Assembly: GCA_963767005.1 (NCBI GenBank) | Contig: CAVYCN010000002.1 | Location: 345,272-409,271, forward strand | DNA: 64,000 bases | Direction of reading: 5' to 3' | Source of the DNA: an uncultured Actinomycetes bacterium | Lineage (GTDB): Bacteria; Actinomycetota; Thermoleophilia; UBA2241 | Part shown: positions 43,794 to 56,207 of the stretch, one piece after another | How positions within the stretch are numbered: position 1 is the stretch's first letter | How the letters are laid out: the number at the start of each line of letters is the position of its first letter | Translations under genes and position numbers: made by a program | The notes under the pieces: generated by a model | Told to the model about the DNA's origin: nothing | Seen by the model: the letters and a program-made list of their open reading frames with translations, nothing else | The model's database searches: none

Positions 43794-44444
43794 ATGCGTG
43801 AGCGGCAACGACGCAGTCTATCGCCGGACTATCCGGCGCGACCGCGGCGCGCGGGTCGGCCAGCCGAGGTTCGCGGCCGTGACAAACCGGGTGCGCCCGG
43901 TCGCGAACCCAGCCGGCGGCTCTTCGTCGCCTGCGACCTGCCGCTGGCGGCGCTCGCCGCCGTGACCGACTGGCAGGCCCGCGAGCTCGCGCCGCGCGAC
44001 GACCTGCGCCTGAACCACAGCCTGCACCTGACCCTCTGCTTCCTGGGCGCGGTGCCCGAGCGCCGCGTCGACGACGTCGCCGCGGCGCTCGCCGGGCTCG
44101 ACCTGCCGGCCCTGCCGAGCGGGCTCGGCGCGGCGCTGTTCCTGCCCGAGCGCGGCCTCAAGCGGGTGATGGCCCTGGCCCTCGATGACCCCACCGGGGC
44201 GCTCGTCGCGACCCAGCGTTCCGTCTCCGAGGCCCTGTACCATCTCGGGGTGTACGCGCCTGGGAAACGCCCCTGGCTGGCCCATCTGACGGTGGCTCGC
44301 TTCCGCCGTCCCGGTCAACCTTTTTCGCTGCAAAACGTGAACATCGCGCCGTTTGGACTGCCCTCGGTCATCCTGTATGCTAGCGTCCTGGAGCGGGGTG
44401 GGGCAGTCCACACGCCCCTTGCCACGTTTCCCACCTCAGCCTGA
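43794..44444 (+). CDS. thpR: RNA 2',3'-cyclic phosphodiesterase (2'-5' RNA ligase LigT/ThpR family)
   Basis: Two H-x-T-x motifs (HSLHLTL and AHLTVARF) of the 2H phosphoesterase fold. The ~40-aa basic N-terminal extension suggests the true start may lie downstream or be non-canonical. Confidence 0.7.
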   Translation: MRERQRRSLSPDYPARPRRAGRPAEVRGRDKPGAPGREPSRRLFVACDLPLAALAAVTDWQARELAPRDDLRLNHSLHLTLCFLGAVPERRVDDVAAALAGLDLPALPSGLGAALFLPERGLKRVMALALDDPTGALVATQRSVSEALYHLGVYAPGKRPWLAHLTVARFRRPGQPFSLQNVNIAPFGLPSVILYASVLERGGAVHTPLATFPTSA

Positions 44445-44462
44445 CGAGAGGAGCACGCCACC

Positions 44463-45554
44463 GTGGATAAAGACAAGGCCCTCGAAGCCGCCGTCACCCA
44501 GATCGAGCGCCAGTTCGGCAAGGGCAGCATCATGCGCATGGGCGAGCATGCCGCCGCGGCCGACCTGCAGACCGTGCCGACGGGCTCGCTCGCCCTCGAC
44601 ATCGCGCTTGGCGTCGGCGGCATCCCGCGCGGGCGCATCGTCGAGATCTACGGGCCCGAGTCATCGGGCAAGACGACCCTCGTCTACCACCTCATCGCTC
44701 AGGCCCAACGTCTCGGGGGCGTCGCCGCCTTCATCGACACCGAGCATGCCATGGACCCCAACTACGCGCGTACCATCGGGGTCAACGTCGACGATCTGCT
44801 GGTCAGCCAGCCCGACTACGGCGAGCAGGCGCTCGAGATCACAGAGATGCTCATCCGCAGCGGCGCCATCGACATCGTCGCGATTGACTCGGTGGCCGCG
44901 CTCACGCCGCGGGCCGAGATCGAAGGCGAGATGGGCGACAGCTTCGTGGGCCTGCAGGCGCGGCTCATGAGCCAGGCGTTGCGCAAGCTGGCCGGCACGC
45001 TCAGCAAGTCGGGCACCATCTGCGTCTTTACCAACCAGCTCCGCGAGAAGATCGGCGTCATGTTCGGCAACCCCGAGACCACGACCGGTGGCAAGGCGCT
45101 CAAGTTCTACGCCACCATCCGGCTCGACATCAGGCGCATCGAGACCCTCAAAGAGGGCACTGAGGCGGTCGGCAACCGGGTACGCGTGAAGGTCGCCAAG
45201 AACAAGGTGGCGCCGCCCTTCAAGCAGGCCGAGTTCGACATCATGTACGGCACCGGCATCTCGCGCGAGGGCACGCTGCTCGACCTCGGCGTCACCGCCG
45301 ACGTCGTGCACAAGAGCGGCGCCTTCTTCAGCTACAACGACGACCGCCTCGGGCAGGGCCGCGCCGCCGCGCGCGCGTTCCTGCACGACAACCCCGACAT
45401 CGCCGACGACATCGAGCGCCAGATCCGCGACCGCGCCGGGCTGCCCGCGGCGCCTGCACCGGTCGCCGCCGCGGGCGCCGACGGCAAGAAGTCGGCCGCG
45501 GCGGCGCTCGCCCAGGCCGAAGCCCAGGCCGCCGCGCCCGACGCCGAGCGGTAG
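44463..45554 (+). CDS. recA: recombinase RecA
   Basis: Near-textbook RecA (GPESSGKTT Walker A, L1/L2 loops, [16 protein letters not shown]) with an Ala-rich C-terminal tail. Confidence 0.97.
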   Translation: MDKDKALEAAVTQIERQFGKGSIMRMGEHAAAADLQTVPTGSLALDIALGVGGIPRGRIVEIYGPESSGKTTLVYHLIAQAQRLGGVAAFIDTEHAMDPNYARTIGVNVDDLLVSQPDYGEQALEITEMLIRSGAIDIVAIDSVAALTPRAEIEGEMGDSFVGLQARLMSQALRKLAGTLSKSGTICVFTNQLREKIGVMFGNPETTTGGKALKFYATIRLDIRRIETLKEGTEAVGNRVRVKVAKNKVAPPFKQAEFDIMYGTGISREGTLLDLGVTADVVHKSGAFFSYNDDRLGQGRAAARAFLHDNPDIADDIERQIRDRAGLPAAPAPVAAAGADGKKSAAAALAQAEAQAAAPDAER

Positions 45555-45573
45555 CCGGTCGCCGGGGCCGTCG

Positions 45574-46218
45574 GTGCCCACCGTCACGGCTCTCAAGGCG
45601 ACTCGGCGCGGCCACGTCGCGATCCACGTCGACGACGCCTTCGTCGCGGCGGTAGGCGACGCGTTCGTCGTGCGGCACGGTCTGTTCGTCGGCCTCGAGC
45701 TCGATGCCGCACGGCTCGACGAGCTCGTCGCCGCCGCCGGCGTCGAGCGCGCGCTCGCCGACGCCTACCGCCTGCTGGGCCATCGCGCCCGTTCCCGTAC
45801 CGAGCTCGCCGAGCGCCTGCGCGCCAAGGGCCATCCCGAGCCCATCGTAGCCGGCGTCGTCGAGCGTCTCGTCGCCGAGGGCCTGCTGAACGACCCCGCC
45901 TTCGCGGCCGCGTTCGTCGCCGACAAGCGCCGTCTGGCCGGCTGGGGCGCCGGCCGCATCGCTCGCGAGCTCGCGCGCCACGGCGTCGCCGACACGATCG
46001 CGCAGGCCGCCCTGTCCGGCTCCGGCGACGACGCCGACGAGCTCGCCCGCGCCCTGCAGGCGCTGGCCCGTCGCGGCCCGGCGCGGGCGCCCCTCGACGC
46101 CGCCCGCAAGCGCGCCTACGACTACCTGCTGCGGCGCGGCTACTCGACCGCCGTGGCCTACCGTGCCGTGCGCGACTGGTCGGCCGCGGCCGCCGGTTCG
46201 GGCCAAGTCACCGATTGA
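45574..46218 (+). CDS. recX: regulatory protein RecX
   Basis: Three-repeat helical RecX fold (RSRTELAERLRAKG...AAAFVADKRRLAGWGAGRIAREL) directly downstream of recA. Confidence 0.8.
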   Translation: MPTVTALKATRRGHVAIHVDDAFVAAVGDAFVVRHGLFVGLELDAARLDELVAAAGVERALADAYRLLGHRARSRTELAERLRAKGHPEPIVAGVVERLVAEGLLNDPAFAAAFVADKRRLAGWGAGRIARELARHGVADTIAQAALSGSGDDADELARALQALARRGPARAPLDAARKRAYDYLLRRGYSTAVAYRAVRDWSAAAAGSGQVTD

Positions 46219-46248
46219 CAGTGCCTTCGAGGCGAACCTACAATCACA

Positions 46249-46267
46249 AGTGAGCAGCTTGCTCACT
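46249..46267 (+). terminator. hairpin (AGTGAGC-AGCTT-GCTCACT) 30 nt after recX stop
   Basis: 7-bp perfect stem read directly, followed by a weak U-containing tract (gacTTTgcg). Confidence 0.35.
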
Positions 46268-46497
46268 GACTTTGCGTATGACTGTGGCACCTGAAGGCCA
46301 TGCATTCCGGTCCTAGGCGGCCGGCCTGTCGAACGAGCGACGTAGGGGTCTCACACAACGTAGGGAGCTTTTCGAGAGCACTTCCGGGCTTTCCCCGAAG
46401 CCGCACGTCAAACGACTGCAAAGATGCTCAAAGAACCGCGTGAGTGCCGGTAGGCACCGCGGCATGGCACCGTCAGGGACGACGACCGTACGAGAGG

Positions 46498-46522
46498 CCG
46501 GGCGAGTTGCCCGGCTTTTTTC
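46498..46522 (+). terminator. canonical rho-independent terminator (GCCGGGC-GAGTT-GCCCGGC + TTTTTT)
   Basis: Perfect 7-bp GC stem plus U6, located inside the recX-rny intergenic region 54 nt upstream of the rny ATG. It terminates whatever is transcribed across the ~250-nt lower-GC segment before it. Confidence 0.7.
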
Positions 46523-46575
46523 GTCTCATTTGACGTGACGTCGCAACTGACGATCACCGGCACAAGGGGACCAGC

Positions 46576-48105
46576 ATGACCGCAGTGTTCATCGTGATCG
46601 CGCTCGCCGCCGGCGTGGCGGCCGGATACCTGGTCAGGCGCTATCTGGTCGACAACCGGGTGAAGGGCGCGCAGGGCGAGGCGCAGCGCCTGCTGCGCGA
46701 CGCCCAGCGCGAGGCCGAGGCCACCGTCAAAGAAGCCCGCCTCGAAGCCAAAGAGGAGCTCCACAAGGTGCGCACCGAGGTCGAGAACGACCTGCGCGAG
46801 CGACGCCTCGAGCTCAAGAACGCCGAGGATCGCGCCGCCCAGCGCGAGGAGCAGCTCGAACGGCGGGCGGCCGAGCTCGAGCGCCGCGACCAGCAGGTCT
46901 TCGAGCGCGAGGAGCAGGCCGCCGCTCTCACCGAGCAGCTCAAGGTCGCGCAGGCCGAGCAGGCCGCCGCCCTCGAGCGCATCTCGGGCCTGACCGGCGC
47001 CCAGGCGAAGGAGATGCTCCTGCGCAAGATCGAAGAAGAGGCACGGCACGACATGGCCCGCCTCGTGCGCTCTATCGAGGACGAGGCCAAGCGTGAAGCC
47101 GACCGGCGGGCCCGCAACATCCTCTCGCTGTCGATCCAGCGCACCGCCGCCAACCACGTCGCCGAGACCACGGTCTCGGTCGTGCCGCTGCCCTCCGACG
47201 ACATGAAGGGCCGCATCATCGGCCGCGAGGGGCGCAACATCCGCGCCCTCGAGAACCTGACCGGCATCGACTTCATCATCGACGACACGCCCGAGGCGGT
47301 CGTGCTGTCGGGCTTCGACGGCGTGCGGCGCGAGATCGCCCGCCTCACCATCACCAAGCTGCTCGCCGACGGCCGCATCCATCCGGCCCGCATCGAGGAG
47401 ATGTACGGCCAGGCCAAGGCCGAGATCGACGCGACCATCGAGGAGGCCGGCGAGCAGGCCTGCTTCGACGCCAACGTGCACGGCGTGGCGCCCGAGCTCG
47501 TCAAGGTCCTCGGCCGGCTCAAGTTCCGCACGAGCTACGGCCAGAACGTGCTCAACCACTCGGTCGAGGTCGCCCACCTGGCCGGCATCATGGCGAGCGA
47601 GCTGGGCGCGAACCCCAAGATCGCCCGGCGCGCCGGCCTGCTGCACGACGTCGGCAAGGCGATCGATCACGAGGTCGACGGCTCCCACGGCCAGATCTCG
47701 GCACAGCTCGCCCGCAAGTACCGCGAGACTCAGAGCGTCGTGCACGCGATCGAGGCGCACCACCAGGACGTCGAGCCGCAGACCGTCGAGGCGGTCCTGG
47801 TGCAGGCCGCCGACGCCATCTCGGCCGCCCGCCCCGGCGCCCGGCGCGAGACCCTCGAAGGCTACGTCAAGCGCCTCGAGTCGCTCGAGAAGATCGCCGA
47901 GAGCAAGCGCGGCGTCGAGAAGTCGTATGCCATGCAGGCGGGCCGTGAGGTGCGCGTCATGGTCAAGCCGGCCGAGATCAGCGACGACGATGCCGTGCTG
48001 CTCGCGCGCGAGATCGCCAAGGAGATCGAGGAGACGCTCGACTACCCCGGCCAGATCAGGGTGACCGTCATCCGCGAGAGCCGCGCCACGGAGCTCGCCA
48101 AGTAG
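46576..48105 (+). CDS. rny: ribonuclease Y
   Basis: N-terminal TM, coiled coil, KH domain ([15 protein letters not shown]) and HD domain (LHDVGKA). Confidence 0.95.
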   Translation: MTAVFIVIALAAGVAAGYLVRRYLVDNRVKGAQGEAQRLLRDAQREAEATVKEARLEAKEELHKVRTEVENDLRERRLELKNAEDRAAQREEQLERRAAELERRDQQVFEREEQAAALTEQLKVAQAEQAAALERISGLTGAQAKEMLLRKIEEEARHDMARLVRSIEDEAKREADRRARNILSLSIQRTAANHVAETTVSVVPLPSDDMKGRIIGREGRNIRALENLTGIDFIIDDTPEAVVLSGFDGVRREIARLTITKLLADGRIHPARIEEMYGQAKAEIDATIEEAGEQACFDANVHGVAPELVKVLGRLKFRTSYGQNVLNHSVEVAHLAGIMASELGANPKIARRAGLLHDVGKAIDHEVDGSHGQISAQLARKYRETQSVVHAIEAHHQDVEPQTVEAVLVQAADAISAARPGARRETLEGYVKRLESLEKIAESKRGVEKSYAMQAGREVRVMVKPAEISDDDAVLLAREIAKEIEETLDYPGQIRVTVIRESRATELAK

Positions 48106-48116
48106 GAGCGGTCCAC

Positions 48117-49415
48117 GTGCGCACGTTCTATCTGCGGTCGTTCGGCTGCCAGATGAACGACCACGACGCGGAGCGTATCTGCGCGCTCCTCGAAGCGGAT
48201 GGTCTCGTCCGGGTGTCGCGCGTCGACGACGCCGACGTCATCGTCTACAACACCTGCACGGTGCGGCGCAGCGCCGACGACCGACTCGCCGGCCACCTGG
48301 GCGAGGCGGCCCGCGTCAAGGCGCTCGACCCGGCGCGGGTGGTCGTCGTCGCCGGCTGCCTGCCGCAGGTCGAGCGCGAAGGCCTCTTCGAGCGCTTTCC
48401 GTTCGTCGACGTGGCCCTTGGACCGCAGCACCTGGCCGAGCTGCCCGACGCCCTGCACGCCTGCGGGCAGCGCGGTTACTTCGACGGCGAGGGCGGGTTG
48501 TCGAGCGCTCTGCCGGCGCACCGCGAACGCGCGTTCCAGGCCTGGGTCCAGGTGATGTCGGGCTGCACGAACTTCTGCTCGTACTGCATCGTGCCGGCCG
48601 CGCGCGGGCCCGAGCGCAGCCGTCCCCTCGACGACGTGATCGCGGAGGTGCGCACCCTCGTCAGCGACGGCGTGCTCGAAGTCACGCTGCTCGGACAGAA
48701 CGTGAACGCCTATGGCAACGACCTGACGGTGGCAGATCCGCCGACGTTCGCCGCCCTGCTGCGCAGGCTCGACGGGCTCGCCGGCCTGCGCCGCGTGCGC
48801 TTTACGACCTCGCATCCGCGTGACCTGTCCGACGAGCTCGTCGCTGCCATCGCCGAGCTGGCCACCGTGTGCGAACACGTGCACCTGCCGGCGCAGTCCG
48901 GCTCTGATCGCGTGCTTACCGCCATGGGCCGTGGGTATACGATGGAGTGGTACCTGGGGAGGGTCGACGCCTTGCGTGCAGCGGTGCCGGACATCGCGAT
49001 CACCACCGATCTCATGGTCGGCTTTCCCGGCGAGACCGACGCCGACTTCGACGATACGATGACCCTGGTCGAGCGCGCCGGCTTCGACGCCGCCTTCACC
49101 TTCGTCTACTCGCCCCGGCCGGGCACACCGGCGGCGGCGTTGCCCGACCCCGTCGCGCCCGACGTCGCTCGCGAGCGTATCGTGCGCCTCGTGGGGGCGA
49201 CGCAGGCGCAGAGCGGGCGCCGGCGGGCCGCGGTGGTGGGTTCGACCGTCGAGGTCCTGGTCGAGGGCGAGAGCCGGCACGGCCGGTTGTGGCGCGGCCG
49301 CACGCGGCAGAACGTGACCGTCAACTTCGCGGGCACGGCCGCGCCCGGCGAGCTCGCGCCGGTCCTGGTCACCGCCGCGACGTCGACCACGTTGAGCGGC
49401 CGGCGCGTCACCTGA
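48117..49415 (+). CDS. miaB: tRNA-i6A37 methylthiotransferase MiaB
   Basis: MTTase N-terminal domain (SFGCQMNDHD), radical SAM CxxxCxxC (CTNFCSYC) and a TRAM domain. Confidence 0.85.
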   Translation: MRTFYLRSFGCQMNDHDAERICALLEADGLVRVSRVDDADVIVYNTCTVRRSADDRLAGHLGEAARVKALDPARVVVVAGCLPQVEREGLFERFPFVDVALGPQHLAELPDALHACGQRGYFDGEGGLSSALPAHRERAFQAWVQVMSGCTNFCSYCIVPAARGPERSRPLDDVIAEVRTLVSDGVLEVTLLGQNVNAYGNDLTVADPPTFAALLRRLDGLAGLRRVRFTTSHPRDLSDELVAAIAELATVCEHVHLPAQSGSDRVLTAMGRGYTMEWYLGRVDALRAAVPDIAITTDLMVGFPGETDADFDDTMTLVERAGFDAAFTFVYSPRPGTPAAALPDPVAPDVARERIVRLVGATQAQSGRRRAAVVGSTVEVLVEGESRHGRLWRGRTRQNVTVNFAGTAAPGELAPVLVTAATSTTLSGRRVT

Positions 49416-49421
49416 GGGGGG

Positions 49422-50198
49422 ATGACCGTGCGAGGCTGTGTATGTCCCCATCCGCCGTTGCTGATCCCGGCCGTCGGCGGTGAGAACCGGCGCCAGGTGC
49501 AGGCCACGGTCGACGCGATGGAGCGCCTGGCCGCCGACGTCGGCCCCGCCGACCTCGCGATCGTCATCTCGCCGCACACGCCGGGCTACGCCGACGCAGT
49601 GGCGGTGCGCACGCCGGCCACCCTCTGGGGCGACTTCGCCGCCTTTCGCAGTCCCAGCGTGGGGGTCGAGATCGACAACGACGTCGAGTTCGTCCAGCGC
49701 CTGATCGAGCGGGCCGACGGCGAGGCGGACCTCGACGTCGAGCCGCTCGACGACGAGCTCCTCGACCACGGCGTGCTCGTGCCGCTCTTCTTCTTGAGCG
49801 CGCGGCGCCTCGTCAACCTTGCCGTGGCGCGCCCGTACGAGCTGCACGCCCGCCTCGGACGCCTCATCCGCGAGACCGTCGACGAGCTTGGCCGCCAGGC
49901 CCTGTTCGTGGCCTCGGGCGACCTGTCTCATCGCCTGCAGCCGGGCGCGCCGGCTGGCTACGACCCGCGCGGCGCGCAGTTCGACGCCACCGTCGTCGAT
50001 CATTTCCGTCGCGCCGACCTCGACGGCCTGCGCCGCCTCGACCCGTCGCTGGTCCAGGGGGCGGGGGAATGCGGGCTGCGCTCGTTCATCGCGCTGGGCG
50101 CCTACCTGGGCGCCGACGCCGGCCCGGCCCGGGTCCTGTCCTACGAAGGGCCATTCGGCGTGGGCTACGCCGTCGCCGCCTTTGGCGAGGTCTCATGA
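49422..50198 (+). CDS. class III extradiol dioxygenase-like / MEMO1-family protein (AmmeMemoRadiSam system protein B-like)
   Basis: LigB-superfamily signature (ISPHTPGY...HGVLVPL...SGDLSHR) in a 258-aa protein. It is translationally coupled to the downstream AMMECR1 gene (ATGA overlap). Confidence 0.6.
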   Translation: MTVRGCVCPHPPLLIPAVGGENRRQVQATVDAMERLAADVGPADLAIVISPHTPGYADAVAVRTPATLWGDFAAFRSPSVGVEIDNDVEFVQRLIERADGEADLDVEPLDDELLDHGVLVPLFFLSARRLVNLAVARPYELHARLGRLIRETVDELGRQALFVASGDLSHRLQPGAPAGYDPRGAQFDATVVDHFRRADLDGLRRLDPSLVQGAGECGLRSFIALGAYLGADAGPARVLSYEGPFGVGYAVAAFGEVS

Positions 50199-50773
50199 GC
50201 GGCCCGGGACCCGTCGAGGAGCCGGGCACGTCCGGTGCGGCGCTCTCGACCGGACCGGCCGACTACGCCCGCTCGTGTATCGAGGCGTTCGTCGCCGGCC
50301 GGCCGGCCCCCGCGCCGCCGGCGGACGCCCTCTACGACACCGTGGCCGCGTGCTTCTGCTCGCTCAAGAAGCACGGCGAGCTGCGCGGCTGCATCGGCAC
50401 CCTGTCGCCTGCCGAGCCCTCACTCGGCAACGAGATCGCGCGCAACGCCTGGGCGGCCGCCTTCCGCGACCCGCGCTTTCCGCCGGTCGCCGCCGGCGAG
50501 GTCGCCGCGCTCTCCTGTTCGGTCGACGTGCTCGACCCGAGCGAGCCCTGTGGTCGGGCCGACCTCGACCCCCGCCGGTACGGCGTGATCGTCGTCGCCG
50601 GGGCGCGCCGCGGCGTGCTGCTGCCCGACCTCGCCGGCGTCGATACGGTCGAGCGGCAGCTCGGCATCGCCTTGCAGAAGGCCGGCATCGACCCCTCGAG
50701 CCCGTATGCGATCGAGCGCTTCACCGTGCGGCGCTTCGGCGAGGGCGCCGGCTGCGACGTCGCCTGTGGCTGA
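50195..50773 (+). CDS. AMMECR1 domain protein (AmmeMemoRadiSam system protein A-like)
   Basis: AMMECR1 core motif (CFCSLKKHGELRGCIGT). Confidence 0.7.
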   Translation: MSGPGPVEEPGTSGAALSTGPADYARSCIEAFVAGRPAPAPPADALYDTVAACFCSLKKHGELRGCIGTLSPAEPSLGNEIARNAWAAAFRDPRFPPVAAGEVAALSCSVDVLDPSEPCGRADLDPRRYGVIVVAGARRGVLLPDLAGVDTVERQLGIALQKAGIDPSSPYAIERFTVRRFGEGAGCDVACG

Positions 50774-51695
50774 CGAGCCCGCGCCGCCGCTCGTCGCCCT
50801 CTTCGGGCCGACGGGCATGGGCAAGACCGAAATCGCCGTCGCCCTCGCGGCCGAGCTCGGTGCCGAGATCGTGTCGGCCGACTCGATGCAGGTCTATCGC
50901 GGCCTCGCGATCGTCACCAACCAGCCGACCGCCGAGCAGCTCGCCGCGGTGCCGCACCATCTGGTCGGCGTGATCGATCCGCGCGACGAGTTCTCGGCGG
51001 GCCGCTACGCCAGGCTGGCCGAGGCGGCGATCGCCGCCGCCCGGGGGCGCGGCCGGCGCGTGGTCGTGGCCGGCGGCTCCGGCCTCTATCTGCGCGCGGC
51101 GCTGGGCGGCCTGACCTTCGGCGGGCCGCCCAGCGCCGCGCGCCGCCCCGAGCTCGAGGCGCTGGCGACGCGCGATCCCGGCGAGGCCCGTGAGCGGCTG
51201 CGGCGGGTCGACCCCGAGGCCTATGCGACGATCGATCTCGCCAACCCGCGCCGCGTCGTGCGCGCCCTCGAGGCCGCCGCGGCGCGTGAGGCGGGCGAGC
51301 TCGCGAGCACCGCCGCTCGGGGCGAGCTCTGGTCGCCCGAGGCGACGCGCCACGAGACCCGCCTCTTCTGCCTCGACGTCGAACGCACCGGCCTGCGTGA
51401 GCGCGTCGAGCGGCGCGTCGACGACATGGCGCGCCGCGGCCTGCTGGCCGAGGTGGCTGCGCTGCCGCAGCCTGTGTCGCGCACCGTCGCCCAGGCCATC
51501 GGCGTGCGCGAGATGCTCGCCGTGCTCGCCGGCGAGTCGAGCCTCGAGGCGGCGCTCGACCGCATGAAGGCCCGCACCCGTGCCTACATCAGGCGCCAGC
51601 TCACATGGATGCGCAAGCTGAACGCTGATATCATCCCCACGTCCGCTCGTCCCCCCGAGTCCGTCGCGTCCGAGCTCGTGCGGCGACTGTCGTAG
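50766..51695 (+). CDS. miaA: tRNA dimethylallyltransferase
   Basis: P-loop GPTGMGKTE, SADSMQVYRG and the MiaA C-terminal helical domain. Confidence 0.9.
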   Translation: MADEPAPPLVALFGPTGMGKTEIAVALAAELGAEIVSADSMQVYRGLAIVTNQPTAEQLAAVPHHLVGVIDPRDEFSAGRYARLAEAAIAAARGRGRRVVVAGGSGLYLRAALGGLTFGGPPSAARRPELEALATRDPGEARERLRRVDPEAYATIDLANPRRVVRALEAAAAREAGELASTAARGELWSPEATRHETRLFCLDVERTGLRERVERRVDDMARRGLLAEVAALPQPVSRTVAQAIGVREMLAVLAGESSLEAALDRMKARTRAYIRRQLTWMRKLNADIIPTSARPPESVASELVRRLS

Positions 51696-51712
51696 ACCAA
51701 GGAGGCTCCGCC

Positions 51713-52578
<866 letters not shown>

Positions 52579-52582
<4 letters not shown>

Positions 52583-53760
52583 CCGACACCTTCCAGCCCC
52601 GCCTGTCCGAAAGGGTCGAGAGCCTGCCGCCCTATCTCTTCGCCGAGATCGAGCGCAAGGTCGCGGCCAAGCGCGCCGCCGGCGTCGACATCATCAGCCT
52701 GGGTATCGGCGACCCCGACTCCCCGACGCCCGAGCACATCGTGCAGGCCATGATCGAGGGCGTGCGCACGGCCCGCAACCACCAGTACCCCACGAACCGC
52801 GGCACCGCCGAGTTTCGCGCGGCGGTGGCGTCCTACTATCACAATCGTTTTGGCGTGCGCCTCGACCAGGACAGTGAGATCGTGCCGCTTCTGGGCGCCA
52901 AGGAGGGTATCGCCCACATCTGCTTCGCGCTGCTGAACGAGGGCGACCTGTGCCTGTCGGCCGATCCCGGATATCCGGTCTACACGACCGGCCCGCTGAT
53001 CGCCTCGGGCAGGGCCGTGCACCTGCCGCTGCGGCCCGAGCTCGGCTTCCAGCCCGACCTCGCGGCGATCGACGACGAGACGCTCGCCCGCGCCCGCATG
53101 ATCTTCGTGAGCTACCCGAACAACCCGACGGGCGCCGTCATCGAGGACGACTTCTTCACGCGTCTCGTGGCCTTCGCCCGCGAGCACGACATCGTGGTCG
53201 TCCACGACAACGCCTATGCCGACATCACCTTCGACGGCTACGTGGCGCCGAGCTTCCTGCAGACGCCCGGGGCGCGCGAGGTCGGCGTCGAGCTCTTCTC
53301 GCTGTCGAAGAGCTACAACATGACCGGCTGGCGGGCCGGCGCCATCGTCGGCAGCCCGGCCGTCGTCGACGCCTACTGGCGCCTCAAGACGAACATGGAC
53401 TCCGGCATGTTCGGCGCCCTGCAGCACGCCGCGGCGGTCGCGCTCACCGGGCCGCAGGACTCGGTCGCCGAGCTCTGCCGCCTGTACGCCCATCGCCGCG
53501 ACCTGCTGGTCGCGGCGCTGGGCCGCGTCGGTATCGGCGTCGAGCCGCCCAAGGGCACGATCTACCTGTGGGCGCCCGTGCCTGCCGGCCACACCTCGGG
53601 CAGCTTCGCCGAGCTCGTGCTCAACCAGGCCGACGTGATCGTCTCACCGGGCGCCGCCTACGGTCCGTCCGGCGAGGGCTACGTGCGCTTCTCGCTCACG
53701 GTGCCCGACGACCGCCTGAACGAGGCGGTGGCGCGCATCGAGGAGCGCGTCAGCCTGTGA
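52579..53760 (+). CDS. dapL: LL-diaminopimelate aminotransferase (DapL-type class I aminotransferase)
   Basis: Fold-type I aminotransferase with PLP-Lys region (SLSKSYNMTGWR) and a DapL-like N-terminus (LPPYLFAEI...ISLGIGDPD). It is adjacent to and coupled with dapF. The DapL assignment versus a generic aminotransferase is an inference from family resemblance. Confidence 0.65.
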
Positions 53761-53815
53761 CGGCGGTCCGGCGGCGTTTCACCCGCGGCCGTCTCGCGGT
53801 CGCCCGCCCCCTGCC

Positions 53816-55171
<1,356 letters not shown>

Positions 55172-55173
55172 AG

Positions 55174-55641
55174 GTGGACCTGCCCGTGGTGCGCCTGCGG
55201 CCTTCGGCCCGCTTGCCGGTGCGCGCCTATCCCGACGATGCCGCGTTCGACCTGCACGCCGCGGTCGACGCCGTCGTCGCGCCCCAGGGTCGTGCCGTCG
55301 TGCCTACCGGCATCGCGCTCGGCTTGCCGCCGGGCGTCGCCGCGCTGACGCTGCCGCGCTCGGGCCTGGCCGCAAGACACGGCGTCACGCTGCTGAACAC
55401 GCCCGGTCTGATCGACCCCGGCTATCGCGGCGAGGTCCAGATCGTGCTCCACAACACCGACCCCGAGCACGAGTTCGTCGTGCATGCAGGCGACCGCATT
55501 GCCCAATTGCTCATCGTCGGCCTGCTCGAGGTCGCGCTGCTCGAGGTCGACCGCCTCGACGATACCGCGCGAGGCGAGAGCGGCTTCGGTTCGACGGGCA
55601 CCGACGCCGCACCCAGCTCGACCGCACGGTCCTCACCGTGA
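55174..55641 (+). CDS. dut: dUTP diphosphatase
   Basis: Dut motifs (AAFDLHA, RSGLA, GLIDPGYRGE, GDRIAQL). GTG 3 nt after the hflX stop. Confidence 0.85.
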   Translation: MDLPVVRLRPSARLPVRAYPDDAAFDLHAAVDAVVAPQGRAVVPTGIALGLPPGVAALTLPRSGLAARHGVTLLNTPGLIDPGYRGEVQIVLHNTDPEHEFVVHAGDRIAQLLIVGLLEVALLEVDRLDDTARGESGFGSTGTDAAPSSTARSSP

Positions 55642-56150
55642 GCGCCGCGCCCGCAGACCACGCCGCCGCAGCCGGACGTCGTACGACTGCCGTCGGAGGG
55701 TGTGAACGCACGCCTACTGTGCGCGCGGCCGCACTTATCCTTGATGAGCGTGGTCTGCTGCTCGTCCGCCAGCGTCGCCTGGAGCGCACGTACTGGCTCC
55801 TGCCGGGCGGCGGCGTGCGCTTCGGCGAATCGCTTGCCGAGGCGCTACGCCGCGAGCTCCTCGAGGAGCTCGCGCTCGACGTCGTGCCGGGACGGCCGCT
55901 GGCCGTCGCCGAGGCGATCTCGACCGACATGGCGGCCTACCCGAAGCACGTCGTGCACGTCGTCCTGCAGGCCACGCCGGTCGAGCCCGACGCCGTGCCG
56001 CAGCCGAGCGACGACGCCATCCTCGAGGCGCGCTACGTGACGAGGGGCGAGATCGCCGACCTGGCGCTGACACCGCCGATCGCGCCGTTCCTCGACGGCT
56101 GCTTCGCTGCGCCGCCGCGGGCCATGACGTACCTCGGCGTGGTGTGGTAG
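55638..56150 (+). CDS. NUDIX hydrolase
   Basis: Nudix box (LPGGGVRFGESLAEALRRELLEELAL). The start is either GTG 55638, overlapping the dut stop, or an internal GTG near 55719. Confidence 0.7.
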   Translation: MSAAPADHAAAAGRRTTAVGGCERTPTVRAAALILDERGLLLVRQRRLERTYWLLPGGGVRFGESLAEALRRELLEELALDVVPGRPLAVAEAISTDMAAYPKHVVHVVLQATPVEPDAVPQPSDDAILEARYVTRGEIADLALTPPIAPFLDGCFAAPPRAMTYLGVVW

Positions 56151-56172
56151 ACGCTCCCTGGTGACCGCAGAG

Positions 56173-56207
56173 GCCGCTGCCGACCGGGCCATCCGGCCGG
56201 CAGCGGC
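56173..56207. terminator. strong GC hairpin downstream of nudix (GCCGCTGCCG...CGGCAGCGGC with inner CCGG/CCGG)
   Basis: 10-bp perfect outer stem plus a 4-bp inner stem read directly, with no U-tract. It marks the end of the long housekeeping operon. Confidence 0.5.

Noticed and set aside
44340-44462. Possible LexA (Cheo-box) or RecA-NDp site upstream of recA
   Set aside because: Only a degenerate GAAC-N8-GTTT was found inside the thpR 3' end, not the TCGAAC-N4-GTTCGA consensus. A TATGCT -10-like hexamer is present but there is no confident operator.
46285-46305. TGGCAC...TGCAT resembling a sigma54 -24/-12 promoter in the recX-rny spacer
   Set aside because: The spacing between the GG and GC dinucleotides is about 14 nt instead of the required 10. 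I did not see an EBP gene nearby.
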